Shown one piece after another: positions 31,819 to 42,382 of a stretch of DNA of 42,652 bases. Position numbers and translations under genes: made by a program. Every line of letters begins with the position of its first letter. Within the stretch, counting starts at the first letter, position 1. Source of the stretch: Limisphaerales bacterium (lineage in GTDB: Bacteria > Verrucomicrobiota > Verrucomicrobiia > Limisphaerales > JADJPG01); contig JBDHQG010000001.1 in NCBI GenBank assembly GCA_039806925.1, forward strand, positions 1-42,652, given 5' to 3'. The notes below the pieces were generated by a model. The model saw nothing but the letters and a program-made list of their open reading frames with translations, was not told where the DNA came from and searched no databases.

Positions 31819-34536
31819 ATGTCGGACCGCCCTTCACGCCGCTCCAAGTTCATCGCCAGCGCCGCGCTGGGAATCCTTTGCGCGCTGGCCGGCTCGGCGC
31901 TGCTGGATTCCACCCGGCCCCGTGGTTCCGCCCTCACGCGGGCGAGCTATGACAGTTACTTCGGGCTGCTGGGATTGAACCACCCGCCTCCCACCAACAG
32001 CCCGGTGCTGGTGGTGTACCTCGATCTCGAATCGCACCTGAGCCAGCACCAGGATCCCAACCAGCCCTGGCCGCGGGAACTGTACGCGCAATTGATCCGG
32101 CGTTTGAAAGGCGCGGGCGCGCGCGTGGTCGTGTTCGATGTCGTCTTCGACAGCGTGGGCACCAATGCCGCGGGGAACCGTGCGTTGCGCGAGGCCATTG
32201 CCGCGCATGGCGGCGTCGTTCTCGCGGGTGAACTGCGCGCGTTGAGCAGCGACGGCGGGCGGGCGGAATGGGGACGCGCGGTGAAAGTCATCGCGCCGGT
32301 GGACGAGTTTCGTGGCGCCGCGGCCGGCTGGGGCCTGGGCGAGGTGGCGACGGATGACGACTTTGGAGTCCGCCGCTATTACACCGCAGCCGCGGTCTCC
32401 GGCGAACCAGTCTCGAACCTGACGCTGGCCGCCGCCCGGGTTTACGGGTCGGATGCTCCTTCGCCGGCTGGTGAGACGGCGCGCGCGCGCTGGCTGCATT
32501 ACTACGGCCCGCCGTTCGCATTGCCGCATCGCAGTTTCAGCCAGGTGCTCACCGCGGGTGACGTGAGCGACGCGGAGTTCCGCGACAGGATTGTCTTCGT
32601 CGGCGCGCGACCGGTGGCCGGATTGTTCAAGGAACGCCGCGACGAGTTCCGCAGCCCGTTCAGCTTCTGGAACGAGAAGGATCTGTTCATGCCGGGCGTC
32701 GAAGTTCATGCCACGGAGATGTTGAATCTCCTGCGCAACGACTGGCTGCGCCTGCCCGGAGAACGCCCGCTCGAACTGGCGTTCGGGCTGACGGGCTTGT
32801 TGCTCGGCGCCGGATTGATCTGGCTGCGACCGATTCCTGCAACGGCGTTCGCGGCGACGAGCGTCGGGCTGACGATTGCGACCGCTGCGATTCTCTTCCG
32901 CCAGTCCCACGTCTGGTTTCCGTGGCTCATCGTCGCGGCGGTTCAGGCTCCGCTGGCGCTGGGTGGTTCGGTGCTCTTCAACTCCATCGAATGGTATCTC
33001 ACGCGCCGTCGGCTCGAAGCCGCGAAACGCGTCGCCGACGCGCGCATCCGCGAGCAGGCGGCGTTGATCGAGAAGGCGCACGACGCGATTCTGGTGCGCG
33101 AGCTGGATGGGAAAACGTCCTACGCGAATCCCAGCGCCGAACGGCTCTTCGGCTGGACCGCGAGCGAGTTGCAGAACGGCGCGGTGAACGAGTTGTTCAC
33201 GGACGCGGCGGCCACTGAGGCCCGCCGTGTGGCGACGGAGCGCGGCGAGTGGAACGGCGAGTTGCGGCTTCGCGCGAAGTCCGGCGCCGGGCTGACGTTG
33301 GAGAGTCGCTGGACGTTGTTGCGCGATGATCTCGGCCAGCCGAAGGGATTGCTAATTATCAGCTCCGACGTGACGGAGAAGAAGCAGCTCGAAGCCGAGT
33401 CGCTGCGCATGCAACGCATGGAAGCGGTGGGCGCGCTGGCGGGCGGAATGGCGCATGACTTGAACAACGCGCTCGCGCCGATTCTCATGGGCACACAGCT
33501 CCTTCGTCGCGATTCGAAGGATGAAAACACCAAACGCGTGCTGTCGCTCATGGAATCGAGCACGCGGCGCGGCGCGGACATGGTGCGGCAGGTGTTGCTC
33601 TTCGCGCGTGGGAAGCAGGGCGAGTTCGAGCGGCTGGAGGCGCGACCGCTGGTGAAAGAGATGGAGAAGCTCGCGCGCGACACGTTTCCGCTGAACATCA
33701 AGGTCAGCGCGCATGTCGCGGACGATCTCTGGCCGGTGCGAGGCAACGCGACGCAATTGCATCAAGTGCTGTTGAACCTGTGCGTCAACGCGCGCGACGC
33801 GATGGTGGAAGGCGGTTCGCTGTCGATCGCGGCGGACAACGTGACGTTGGATGCGGAGGCGGCGCGGGCGATTCCGGACGGGCGGGCGGGAGAATTTGTC
33901 GTGCTCATGGTCACAGATACCGGCTCGGGAATGCCGCCCGGGGTGCGGGCGAAAGTTTTTGAACCATTCTTCACCACGAAGGCGGAAGGGAAGGGAACCG
34001 GACTCGGGCTTTCAACGAGCGCGCGCATCGTGAAGGCGCACGACGGTTTCATTTCCGTCCAAAGCCAGCCCGGCGAGGGCACGACGTTCGAGGTTTACCT
34101 TCCGCGTTTCTCGCGGGAGTTGGAGCCGAAGACAGAAGCTTCCGTCGAGGAACTTCAACGCGGGAGCGGTCAGCTTATCCTCGTTGCCGACGATGATGAA
34201 TCCGTGCGCGAACTGCTGCGCCGCAGCCTGGAGGAATACGGTTATCGCGCCGTCACGGCGGCGAACGGCGCGGAGGCGGTTTCGTTGTGCCGGGAAAGCC
34301 GGGAACCGGTCGCGCTGGTGGTGAGCGATCAATCGATGCCGTTGCTGGAAGGTTCAAAGGCGGTGGCGGCAATTCAGGCGGCTCGACCCGATCTGCCGGC
34401 GATCCTGTTGTGCGATGAACCGGCGATCATGAAACAACCCGGGGAGCTTCCGCCCGCCCGGGTCGAATATCTGCCGAAGCCGATCGAACTGCACCGGTTG
34501 CTGGAAACCGTTTCGCGGATGCTGAAGCAACGGTGA
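31819..34536 (+). CDS. Hybrid sensor histidine kinase: CHASE2 periplasmic sensor + TM helices + PAS + HisKA/HATPase + C-terminal receiver
   Basis: CHASE2-like N-terminal region (VVVYLDLES..., VVVFDVVFD, VVLAGEL) followed by 3-4 TM helices. PAS: IEKAHDAILVRELDGKTSYANPSAERLFGW. H-box: GGMAHDLNNAL. G-boxes: DTGSGM and GTGLGLS. Receiver: LILVADDDESVRELL ... LVVSDQSMP. The GTG at 31804 is an alternative start. Confidence 0.9.
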   Translation: MSDRPSRRSKFIASAALGILCALAGSALLDSTRPRGSALTRASYDSYFGLLGLNHPPPTNSPVLVVYLDLESHLSQHQDPNQPWPRELYAQLIRRLKGAGARVVVFDVVFDSVGTNAAGNRALREAIAAHGGVVLAGELRALSSDGGRAEWGRAVKVIAPVDEFRGAAAGWGLGEVATDDDFGVRRYYTAAAVSGEPVSNLTLAAARVYGSDAPSPAGETARARWLHYYGPPFALPHRSFSQVLTAGDVSDAEFRDRIVFVGARPVAGLFKERRDEFRSPFSFWNEKDLFMPGVEVHATEMLNLLRNDWLRLPGERPLELAFGLTGLLLGAGLIWLRPIPATAFAATSVGLTIATAAILFRQSHVWFPWLIVAAVQAPLALGGSVLFNSIEWYLTRRRLEAAKRVADARIREQAALIEKAHDAILVRELDGKTSYANPSAERLFGWTASELQNGAVNELFTDAAATEARRVATERGEWNGELRLRAKSGAGLTLESRWTLLRDDLGQPKGLLIISSDVTEKKQLEAESLRMQRMEAVGALAGGMAHDLNNALAPILMGTQLLRRDSKDENTKRVLSLMESSTRRGADMVRQVLLFARGKQGEFERLEARPLVKEMEKLARDTFPLNIKVSAHVADDLWPVRGNATQLHQVLLNLCVNARDAMVEGGSLSIAADNVTLDAEAARAIPDGRAGEFVVLMVTDTGSGMPPGVRAKVFEPFFTTKAEGKGTGLGLSTSARIVKAHDGFISVQSQPGEGTTFEVYLPRFSRELEPKTEASVEELQRGSGQLILVADDDESVRELLRRSLEEYGYRAVTAANGAEAVSLCRESREPVALVVSDQSMPLLEGSKAVAAIQAARPDLPAILLCDEPAIMKQPGELPPARVEYLPKPIELHRLLETVSRMLKQR

Positions 34537-34549
34537 GCGTCCGCGTTTC

Positions 34550-35662
34550 CTACACGCCGGCCGCGATGGCGTCACCCATTTCGCGGGTTCCCACTCTCTT
34601 CGCGGTTGTGTCCGCCGCGCTGTAGATGTCCCCGGTGCGCAATCCGGCGGCGATGGCCTTGCCGACCGCCTCGTCGATGGCGTTGGCCGCGTCGTTCAGC
34701 CCGAAGCTGTAGCGCAGCAGGAGGGCGACGGAGAGGATTTGCGCGACGGGATTTGCGAGATTTTTCCCGGCGATGTCGGGCGCGGTGCCGCCGGCGGGTT
34801 CGTAAAAGCCGAACGTCTGCTGGCCGCTGGTGGCGCCGAGGCTGGCACTGGGCAACATGCCGAGGGAACCGGCGAGCGCGGCAGCTTCATCGCTGAGGAT
34901 GTCGCCAAACATATTTTCGCAGAGCATCACGTCGAACTGCGTCGGCCTGAGCATGAGCTGCATCGCGCCGTTGTCCACGAACATGTGTTCGAGGGTGACA
35001 TCGGGGTATTGCTTGCTGACGGCGGTGACGACCTCGCGCCAGAGCACGCCGTTTTCGAGGACGTTTGCCTTGTCGATGCTGGTGACTTTCTTGCGGCGGA
35101 GCTGCGCGGCCTTGAACGCGACGTGGGCGATGCGTTCGATCTCCGGCGTGGTGTAAACCATCGTGTCGATGGCGCGCATCACGCCGGGCGAGACTTGCTC
35201 GGTCTTCTTCGGCTGACCGAAGTACATGCCGCCGGTGAGCTCGCGCACGACGAGGACGTCGATGCCGTTGCCCTGACGTTCCAATGACAACGGGCAGGCG
35301 TGGGCGAGCTGCTTGTAGAGCTTAACGGGACGGAGATTGGCGAAGAGGCTGAATTCCTTGCGCAGGCGAAGGAGCGCGGCGCGCTCGGGACGTTCTTCCT
35401 TCGGGATCGTGGGATCGCGATCGGGCAGGCCGACGGAGCCGAAGAGAATGGAGTCGGACTTGCGGCACAGCTCGAGCGTGGCGTCGGGCAGCGCCTTGCC
35501 CGCGGCGTCGATGCCGGCCCAGCCGACGGGGGCTTCCGTGATGTCGAACTGGAGGGAGAATCGTTTCTCAACGGCGCGGAGAACCTTGATGGCTTCGCGC
35601 ATCACTTCGGGCCCGATGCCGTCGCCGGCGAGGGCGGCGAGCTTGAAAGTCTTTGAACTCAT
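34550..35662 (-). CDS. leuB: 3-isopropylmalate dehydrogenase
   Basis: FKLAALAGDGIGPEV, LFGSVG, LRKEF..FANLRP, VRELTGG.YFG and NMFGDILSDEAA are LeuB signatures. An in-frame alternative ATG at 35680 is created by an 18-bp tandem duplication. Confidence 0.93.
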   Translation of the reverse strand: MSSKTFKLAALAGDGIGPEVMREAIKVLRAVEKRFSLQFDITEAPVGWAGIDAAGKALPDATLELCRKSDSILFGSVGLPDRDPTIPKEERPERAALLRLRKEFSLFANLRPVKLYKQLAHACPLSLERQGNGIDVLVVRELTGGMYFGQPKKTEQVSPGVMRAIDTMVYTTPEIERIAHVAFKAAQLRRKKVTSIDKANVLENGVLWREVVTAVSKQYPDVTLEHMFVDNGAMQLMLRPTQFDVMLCENMFGDILSDEAAALAGSLGMLPSASLGATSGQQTFGFYEPAGGTAPDIAGKNLANPVAQILSVALLLRYSFGLNDAANAIDEAVGKAIAAGLRTGDIYSAADTTAKRVGTREMGDAIAAGV

Positions 35663-35933
35663 AGAAGTCGCTGAACTCATAGAAGCGGCGAGGGTAGGCA
35701 GGTGCGGGCGCGACGTGAAGGAGATTTTCCCGGTAAACGGCTGCTGGGCGCATCTGGAGGGCGTGTCGGCCAAACACGCGGACCGCGACCGGTCCCCGGT
35801 CGCAGCGGGTGAAGCGCACCGGGCACCGTTGAAGTTTGCTGGCACCGCCGTCCGGGCGACGCGCTGCGAGCCGGGACGGCTCGCGGTCCGCATGTGGTGA
35901 CGGCATTTGGACAGGCTGGACGCGCTGTCCTTG

Positions 35934-38186
35934 CTACCGGGGCGCGGCGTCTGGCATCCGCGAGATCTGCACGGCGCAATCTTTGTAGGACGGCTGGCGG
36001 GAGTAGGGATCGAATGCCTGCTGCGTCAGGTGATTCGTCCCGGCGTAATGCATCGGAATGAAAACTTCCCCCGGCTTGAGCGAGCCCGTTTCGACGACAC
36101 GCGCCGTGATCTCTCCGCGGCGCGAGGCCACCCTGACATATTGCCCCGTGGACACGCCGATTCGCCTCGCGTCCCCGGCGTTGAGCTCCACGTAAACATG
36201 CTTCGGATGGAGCCGCCGGAGCACCGGCGACTTTCCGGTGCGCGTCTGCGTGTGCCATTGGGCGGAGGTGCCGCGGCCAGTCAACAATTGAAACGGGTAT
36301 GCCGCGTCGGGCATCTCCGGCGCCGGACGAGGTGATTCAAACAGGAACCTGGCGCGACCGTCCGGATGAAAGAACCGCCCGTCGGCAAACAGCCGGCGTT
36401 CCTTCGGCGGCGCGGCGGGCTGGCGCGTCTCATCCACCGGGGCCTCCGGCCACGGCCATTGGATTCCCCCGCAGCAGTCGAGGTGGGCGTAGCCGGCGAT
36501 TCCCGTGATGTCACAGGGCCGGCCCGCGCTCAGGCGCTTGAGTATCTGGAAGGCCGCCTCCGGGGAGGTCCACTCGCGAAACAGATCGGCGCAGCCCCAG
36601 TAATGCGCCACCAGGCGGAAGATGTGAAAATCCGCCAGCGCCAGGCCGGGGGCCCGGGCCACGCGTTTGATCACGCCGAACCGCCGCTCGCTGTTGATGA
36701 ACGTGCCTTCCTTCTCGCCCCAGCCCGCCGCCGGCAACACCAGGTGCGCCAGCCGCGCCGTGTCGGTGTTGTGATACATGTCCTGCACCACGAGGCATTC
36801 CATCCGCCGCAACGCCCCGCCCAGCCGCGAGCTGTCCACCCACGAATGCGCGGAGTTCGTCCCGATCACCCAGAGCCCCTTGATGCGCCCGTCACACACG
36901 CGCTCGACAATCTGGTCGTAGGCCGCCGAGTTCACCGACGGGATGCGCCCGATCGGGATGCCGGTCAATTGCGAGACCTCGGCGCGATGCGCCTCGTTCC
37001 GGAAGTCGCGCCCGCCCAGCAGCCCGGTGGCGTTCGCGAAGAGCCGCGAGCCCATCGCGTTGCACTGGCCGGTGATGCTGTTCGCGCCGGTGCCCGGACG
37101 CCCGATGTGGCCGGTCATCAACGCGAGGTTGATGATCGCCTGCGCGGTGCGCGTCGATTCGTGGCCCTGGTTCACGCCCATCGTCCACCAGAAGCTCGCC
37201 GCCCGGCCATTCCGGATCGTCTCCGCGCAGCGGAACAATTCGCCGGCCGTCAGCCCGGTGGCGGCGGCGACCTTGTCCGGCGTGAACTGGCGGACGAATT
37301 CCGAAAACTCCGCGAAGCCCGTGGTGCTGGCTTCAATGAACGCCCGATCGATCCCGCCGTTCTGAACCAGCATGTTCGCCAGGCCGTAGAGCAGGACGAG
37401 ATCGGACTTGGGCTTGATGGCGAGATGCTGGGTCGCGTTCATCGCCGTTTCCGTCTTGCGCGGATCCACGACGATGATGGCGGGCCGGTTCGGATTGCGC
37501 AGCACGCGCTGCCACATGATCGGATGCGCGATGCAGGGATTCGAGCCGACGAAGACGAGCACGTCCGACTGCTCAAAGTCCGCGTAGGTGTAAGGCGGCG
37601 CGTCGAACCCGAAGCTTTCCTTGTAGGCGACGTGGGCCGTGGCCATGCACTGGCGGGTGTTCGAATCGCAGTGGATGCCGCCCATGCCGAACTTGAAGAG
37701 CGCGCCGAGAAACGCCATCTCCTCCGTCGTGATCTGGCCGGTGCTCAGGAAGGCGATGCTCTCCGGGCCATGCTTCTCCAGGATCGCCTTGAACCGCCGG
37801 ACGAAGGTTTGCAGCGCGCACTCCCAGTCCACGGCGCGAAATGGCTGCGCCATCGAATCCCGGATGAGCGGCGCCGTGGCGCGATCATCCGCGGCAAGGG
37901 GAGCGAGCGCCTCCCAGCCCTTCGGGCACGCCATGCCGAGATTCACCGGATAGCCCGCATCCGCGGAGAGATTGATCGCCACGCCGTTCTTCAAGTGGAC
38001 GTTGAGCCCGCAGCCGGTCGAACAAAAGCCGCACACCATCGTCGTCGTGGCATCCGGCGCGAGCCGCGCCGGGATGTTGCCCAGGCCAAACTCGCCCGGA
38101 CGCTGCACGAGATCCGCCGTCAGCGGCCCGGCAAATTCCCGGAGCGGCGGCAGCGGAGGAAGGATTTCGCTCAGCGACGGTTTCAC
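35934..38186 (-). CDS. Molybdopterin (bis-MGD) oxidoreductase catalytic subunit, nitrate-reductase-like, no Tat signal visible
   Basis: N-terminal Fe-S motif CGFCSTGCG (C-x2-C-x3-C), then ACPKG and the usual molybdopterin domains. The C-terminal barrel segment is GEVFIPMHY. The GTG start at 38186 overlaps the upstream stop as GTGA. The longer Arg-rich extension to 38417 is rejected. Confidence 0.85.
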   Translation of the reverse strand: MKPSLSEILPPLPPLREFAGPLTADLVQRPGEFGLGNIPARLAPDATTTMVCGFCSTGCGLNVHLKNGVAINLSADAGYPVNLGMACPKGWEALAPLAADDRATAPLIRDSMAQPFRAVDWECALQTFVRRFKAILEKHGPESIAFLSTGQITTEEMAFLGALFKFGMGGIHCDSNTRQCMATAHVAYKESFGFDAPPYTYADFEQSDVLVFVGSNPCIAHPIMWQRVLRNPNRPAIIVVDPRKTETAMNATQHLAIKPKSDLVLLYGLANMLVQNGGIDRAFIEASTTGFAEFSEFVRQFTPDKVAAATGLTAGELFRCAETIRNGRAASFWWTMGVNQGHESTRTAQAIINLALMTGHIGRPGTGANSITGQCNAMGSRLFANATGLLGGRDFRNEAHRAEVSQLTGIPIGRIPSVNSAAYDQIVERVCDGRIKGLWVIGTNSAHSWVDSSRLGGALRRMECLVVQDMYHNTDTARLAHLVLPAAGWGEKEGTFINSERRFGVIKRVARAPGLALADFHIFRLVAHYWGCADLFREWTSPEAAFQILKRLSAGRPCDITGIAGYAHLDCCGGIQWPWPEAPVDETRQPAAPPKERRLFADGRFFHPDGRARFLFESPRPAPEMPDAAYPFQLLTGRGTSAQWHTQTRTGKSPVLRRLHPKHVYVELNAGDARRIGVSTGQYVRVASRRGEITARVVETGSLKPGEVFIPMHYAGTNHLTQQAFDPYSRQPSYKDCAVQISRMPDAAPR

Positions 38187-39787
38187 AGGCCCGGCATCCT
38201 TGGAAACGTGACGGCGCGGAAGAACGAGTGGCGTTCCGCCAGCTCGGCGACAAGGCAGCTCGCGAACGTGAGGCCGGGCAGGATGACGAGGTTCGCCCCC
38301 GGCAGCAGGCTCACCAGCGGAAACGTGATTCCCGCCAGCACGAGCGCCGCCAGCCGCGAACGCGTCACCAGGCCGAGCGCGCCGCCGAGGAGGCGCGCAT
38401 GGCCGGCCAGCATCCATCGGTCGATGTCCGCCTCGTCCGGCCAGCGCTCGTCGGAGAGGTCGAGCTCACCAAAGCGCAGCGTCCGCAGCTCGAGGATGAG
38501 CTTTGCCACCGCCGCGAGCGCGACGCCGGCGGCGAGCAATGGCGGCGCGCCGTCCGTGGCCGCCGCCGCCAGCCAGGCGACCGCCAGGCCCAGCACCAGC
38601 ATCGTGCCGGAGAACCGGCCGATGCTGCGCGCGCCGCTCCAGCACACGCGACGGGTGTCGTGATAAATCATCGCGGAACAAAACACGGCCGCCATGCCGG
38701 CCGCCGCCGTCACGAACATCAGGATGGGAAGAATTGCGGCGGGAAGGATCGGGAACCGCAGCGCCGCGGTCGTCGACAAGGCCAGCGGCGCGAACGTTCC
38801 GAACGCGAGAATCTCGCGGCTCATCCACGAGCGTCGCCAGCCGAGGAACGCCCGCCACGCCTTGAGCGGACGTCCGAGGTGAAACACGCTGGCGAACAGC
38901 CCCGCGAGAAGGCCGGCACAGCCGGTCGTTGCGGCCGTGAGCCGGGCCGCCGGGGAAAGGAACGGCAGGAGAAGAAACACGCCGGCCGCCGCCTGCGTCA
39001 GCACGAGCATCCATACCAGCGGCCAGTGCGCGGGCTCCAGTTCCGTCCGATCCGCGGCGGCGGGAACGAGTCGTTTCGGGAGCCCGCGCCCGGACAAGAA
39101 TCGAGTCGTTGGCCGCGTGATCGCGGGATCGGGCGCGGCGGGCAGCCACTCGCTTCGTGCCGGGACGTTCAATCCGTCCGTCGCCACGAGCGTGATACGG
39201 ATGGCCTCGTTCGGGCACGCCTGCACACACGCGGGAGCTTCGCCCACGGCGAGACGTTGCGAGCACATGTCGCACTTGCGCACGATGCCGCGCCCCGCTG
39301 AATACTTCGGGACTTCGTAGGGACATTTCAGCACGCAGTACTGGCAGCCAATGCACTGGTCGTCGAGATGCCGCACGATGCCGGTGACGGAATCCTTCTC
39401 GTAGGCGAGCACGGGGCAGCCGTTCAGGCAGCCGGGGTCCGCGCAATGATGACATGCCGTCGTGATGGTTTGCGTGAACGGCTGGCGCCAGTCGTCGCTG
39501 ACGAGCCCGCCGATGTCACGCCAGGCCTCGCCGTCATCGAGGCCGTTCAACGAGTGGCACGCCGTGACGCACGCCTTGCAGCCGCTGCATTGGTCGAGGT
39601 TGACCTCGAAGGCGTATTGCCGGCCGGGCTCCGGCAGCGCGGCGGGGAGCAGATCCCGGTAGCGCGCGGACGGCACCTCGTGCCGATCATGCGCGCGCGA
39701 GAACTTTTCCACCGCCGTGAGCCGGCGCTGTTCCGCCAACAGATCATCAATCAACGTCCGGTCGTCTGATGGCGGCATCACAAGCAT
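38183..39787 (-). CDS. Fusion of a 4Fe-4S dicluster (DmsB-like) electron-transfer domain with a DmsC-like 8-helix membrane anchor
   Basis: Cys clusters are [37 protein letters not shown] and CDMC...CVQACP. About eight hydrophobic helices follow. Translationally coupled to the molybdoenzyme gene. Confidence 0.85.
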   Translation of the reverse strand: MLVMPPSDDRTLIDDLLAEQRRLTAVEKFSRAHDRHEVPSARYRDLLPAALPEPGRQYAFEVNLDQCSGCKACVTACHSLNGLDDGEAWRDIGGLVSDDWRQPFTQTITTACHHCADPGCLNGCPVLAYEKDSVTGIVRHLDDQCIGCQYCVLKCPYEVPKYSAGRGIVRKCDMCSQRLAVGEAPACVQACPNEAIRITLVATDGLNVPARSEWLPAAPDPAITRPTTRFLSGRGLPKRLVPAAADRTELEPAHWPLVWMLVLTQAAAGVFLLLPFLSPAARLTAATTGCAGLLAGLFASVFHLGRPLKAWRAFLGWRRSWMSREILAFGTFAPLALSTTAALRFPILPAAILPILMFVTAAAGMAAVFCSAMIYHDTRRVCWSGARSIGRFSGTMLVLGLAVAWLAAAATDGAPPLLAAGVALAAVAKLILELRTLRFGELDLSDERWPDEADIDRWMLAGHARLLGGALGLVTRSRLAALVLAGITFPLVSLLPGANLVILPGLTFASCLVAELAERHSFFRAVTFPRMPGL

Positions 39788-39794
39788 CGCAGCC

Positions 39795-41291
39795 CTAGAA
39801 CCGGATCACCGTCTGGAGGTAGAACCAGTCGGCGTCCTGGGAGCCTCCGGCGCCGGCCCAGGTTTGATCGATGTACTTGCCGGTGAAGAAATGGCCGTAG
39901 CCGCCTTCAATCGCGGTGAACTTGTTCAGCGCGTAGCCGGCGACGACATCAATCTCGCCGCCGGCGAAGCTGTCATAGGTGGAATTGCGCCCGAAGCCGG
40001 TCGGGTTCGCGCCCGTGCCCCGCGCCGCGCCGCCGGCGTTGTAGAGGTTGTCCGCCGTGTCCGCCAACCAGAAGAGGTGTCCCTCGACGGCAACGCTCAC
40101 CTGCTTGTGCGGCTTCATCTGGAAGATGGCACGCACGTCGTGGATGTTCTGCCACGAGAGAAAATCCATGTAGCCATAGAACTTGTGGTTCGTGGGATAC
40201 AGGTTGTCGAAGGTGTTGTGCTCGCCGTCAGCCGCATCACCATCGCCGGTGGCGTAGGCGTATTCGAGCGCGACGCGCGGTTTGCCGAACGCTTCCTCGA
40301 ACGTGTAGCCGACGTTCGCCATGAACGCATAGGCGTCGTGATCGATGCGGTCGCCGGTGAGCGTGCCCTTCCAGTTGCCGAACTGATACGCGCCTTCCAC
40401 CGTGAAATCGAACCCGCCGAATTCGTTCGTGCCGGACTTCATGCGTCCGCCGAGCGTGTAGATGTCGCGCGCGACGGGCGCGGCCATCTGGAACGGCGGA
40501 AACGACACCGGATCTTGCGCGCTGGCGCTGCCGACGCCGTCGTTACGGGCGAAGAAGTAGAGCTCAGTGAGCGTCTTCGGAACCTTCTTTGTGCTGAGAT
40601 GCACGCCGGAAAAGACATTGTAGTCGTTCCAGGTGTTGAAGCTGTTGTCGTCGGGCAACACGATCTTGCTGGTGAACGCCTCCGCGGCGAAGAGCGAATT
40701 CTGCCAGCGAACTTTCGCGGCGTCGAACACGCGGCCGATGTTGTTCCACGCAAACGCGCCGACGAGACGTTCGTCGCCATAGCTCAGCTCCTGCCGTCCG
40801 ATTTTGAGCGAGACGGGAAACTCCTTGTGATTGCCAACGGTGACGTACGCCTGTTGGAGATCGGCCGGGCCGTCGGACTCCGGACCCGCGCCGCCAGGCC
40901 CGGGATTCGTCGCGTTCCACGAACGATCATCGCCGCTCGTGCCGCTGCTGCGGCCCTGCACGTAAACGCTCCACCACTTCGCGGTGTAGCCGACGTGCGC
41001 GAGAATCTTCTGGCTGAAATAGCTGTTGTCGTTGTCAACCGTCGTGCCGCTGGTGTCGCGCCAGTCATTCGCCGGCGGGAGGCCGAGGCCGTTTTCCTTC
41101 AGCTCATAGCGCAGGCGCGCGGAGCCGCCGATGTCCCACGCGGAGTAATAGGGATCTTTCTTGCGGAGAAAGTCGTTGATGAATCCGGGAAAGGGCTGGG
41201 GGGGTGGAGGTGGTGTGTATTGGGCGATGACGGGGGAAACATAGCCAAGGGCGAGAGCCGTGGAAGTGAGGGCAAACAGGGATTTTTTCAT
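39795..41291 (-). CDS. Outer-membrane beta-barrel porin (alginate-export/AlgE-like family)
   Basis: Signal peptide [24 protein letters not shown]. Alternating beta-strand pattern with aromatic girdles and a C-terminal ...[12 protein letters not shown] overlap with the upstream ABC ATPase gene. Family assignment is from memory. Confidence 0.7.
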   Translation of the reverse strand: MKKSLFALTSTALALGYVSPVIAQYTPPPPPQPFPGFINDFLRKKDPYYSAWDIGGSARLRYELKENGLGLPPANDWRDTSGTTVDNDNSYFSQKILAHVGYTAKWWSVYVQGRSSGTSGDDRSWNATNPGPGGAGPESDGPADLQQAYVTVGNHKEFPVSLKIGRQELSYGDERLVGAFAWNNIGRVFDAAKVRWQNSLFAAEAFTSKIVLPDDNSFNTWNDYNVFSGVHLSTKKVPKTLTELYFFARNDGVGSASAQDPVSFPPFQMAAPVARDIYTLGGRMKSGTNEFGGFDFTVEGAYQFGNWKGTLTGDRIDHDAYAFMANVGYTFEEAFGKPRVALEYAYATGDGDAADGEHNTFDNLYPTNHKFYGYMDFLSWQNIHDVRAIFQMKPHKQVSVAVEGHLFWLADTADNLYNAGGAARGTGANPTGFGRNSTYDSFAGGEIDVVAGYALNKFTAIEGGYGHFFTGKYIDQTWAGAGGSQDADWFYLQTVIRF

Positions 41292-42166
41292 ACGGGAGCA
41301 GTCTCGGACTTCAGCGGTTTGCCGAATTGATTTGAATCAAGAATTGGCCGTTTGGGTGGACCGGGCGGGGCGGCGGGACGGGCGTGTTTCTTGTGGGCGT
41401 GGACTTCGAGAAACTCGATCAGATGCTCGCGCAGCTTGTAGTAATCGGGATGCTCCATCACGGCCTTGCGCTCGCGCGGGCGCGGGAAGTTCACTTCGAG
41501 GATGTCGCCCACCTCCGCCGCGGGACCGTCCGTCATGCAGATGACGCGGTCGGAGAGGAAGAGCGCTTCATCGACATCGTGCGTGACCATCAGCGCGGTG
41601 ATCTTGTTCTTGCGCCACAGCTCGATGAGCACCTGTTGCAGCTCGTAGCGCGTGAGCGAATCCAACATGCCGAACGGCTCGTCGAGCAGGAGCATCTTCG
41701 GCTTCAGCGCGAACGCGCGCGCGATGCCGACGCGCTGACGCATTCCTTGCGACAGCTCGGCGGGCTTCTTGTGCATCGCGTCGCCCAGGCCGACGACGGT
41801 GAGGTAATACTCCACAATCTGCCGGCGCTCCTCTTTGCTCGCGGTGAAGAAGACTTGTTCCACGCCGATCATCACGTTCTCGAACGCCGTCATCCACGGG
41901 AGCAGACAGGGAGATTGAAACACGATGCCGCGATCCGGCCCCGGCCCGGCGAGTTCCTTGCCGGCGAGAATGATGCCGCCGTCGGTGATCTCATTGAGCC
42001 CGGCGAGCATGGAGAGCACCGTCGATTTGCCGCAGCCGGAGTGACCGATCAGCGTTACGAACTCGCCTTTCTTGATGCGGAGATTGAAGTCCTTGACGAT
42101 GACCGCCGGGCCTTTCGGCGTCGGGTACGTCTTGGTCAGGTTGGAAAGTTCAACGTAGTCACTCAT
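41288..42166 (-). CDS. ABC transporter ATP-binding protein of the nitrate/sulfonate/bicarbonate (NrtD/CmpD-like) family
   Basis: Walker [11 protein letters not shown]-loop VFQ, signature LSQGMRQRV and Walker B LLLDEPF. The C-terminal [23 protein letters not shown] is typical of NrtC/D-type ATPases. Confidence 0.9.
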   Translation of the reverse strand: MSDYVELSNLTKTYPTPKGPAVIVKDFNLRIKKGEFVTLIGHSGCGKSTVLSMLAGLNEITDGGIILAGKELAGPGPDRGIVFQSPCLLPWMTAFENVMIGVEQVFFTASKEERRQIVEYYLTVVGLGDAMHKKPAELSQGMRQRVGIARAFALKPKMLLLDEPFGMLDSLTRYELQQVLIELWRKNKITALMVTHDVDEALFLSDRVICMTDGPAAEVGDILEVNFPRPRERKAVMEHPDYYKLREHLIEFLEVHAHKKHARPAAPPGPPKRPILDSNQFGKPLKSETAPV

Positions 42167-42234
42167 GAGGTTGTCACTTCGTTCAATTCCGCAGACCGGG
42201 TGCTCGAAGAAGATTCGATCCGCAGTGTTGCGAT

Positions 42235-42382
42235 CTCATTAGCACCCGGCTTTAGCCGGGTGTTCAGATTCGGACGAACTCCAGCCGCTTCAACGGCTTC
42301 TTCAGCGCGGCTCGGAAAACCGTTGAAACGGTTTGGACCCCGACGCGGCAACGACACCCGGCTGAAGCCGGGTGCTAATGAG
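42235..42382. repeat. Family-4 structured element: 17-bp perfect terminal inverted repeat enclosing four hairpins, inside the ABC-transporter operon
   Basis: ctcattagcacccggct (42235-42251) is the exact reverse complement of agccgggtgctaatgag (42366-42382). Internal hairpins are cacccggc-ttta-gccgggtg, agccg-cttcaa-cggct, aaaccg-ttgaaa-cggttt and cacccggc-tgaa-gccgggtg. Confidence 0.85.

Noticed and set aside
31409-31837. ORFs of 133 aa (+) and 111/141 aa (-) in the 31.4-31.9 kb spacer; likewise 25153..25395, 25292..25531 and 42163..42489
   Set aside because: They lie entirely within the structured repeat elements. The peptide similarity between loci simply reflects the DNA repeat in either orientation.
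31834-33081. 415-aa minus-strand ORF antisense to the CHASE2 kinase gene
   Set aside because: The plus-strand frame carries a complete sensor-kinase domain series. The antisense frame is featureless.
35681-35933. Leader, attenuator or riboswitch upstream of leuB in the 250-nt spacer
   Set aside because: Only short GC hairpins are present. There is no Leu-codon-rich leader peptide, and no T-box or other riboswitch core that I can recognise.
36366-41330. Plus-strand ORFs of 765 aa (36366..38663), 357 aa (38228..39301) and 537 aa (39717..41330)
   Set aside because: They are antisense to the molybdoenzyme, FeS/DmsC and porin genes. Those genes have cysteine-cluster, TM and beta-barrel signatures and overlapping start/stop codons indicating a real operon.
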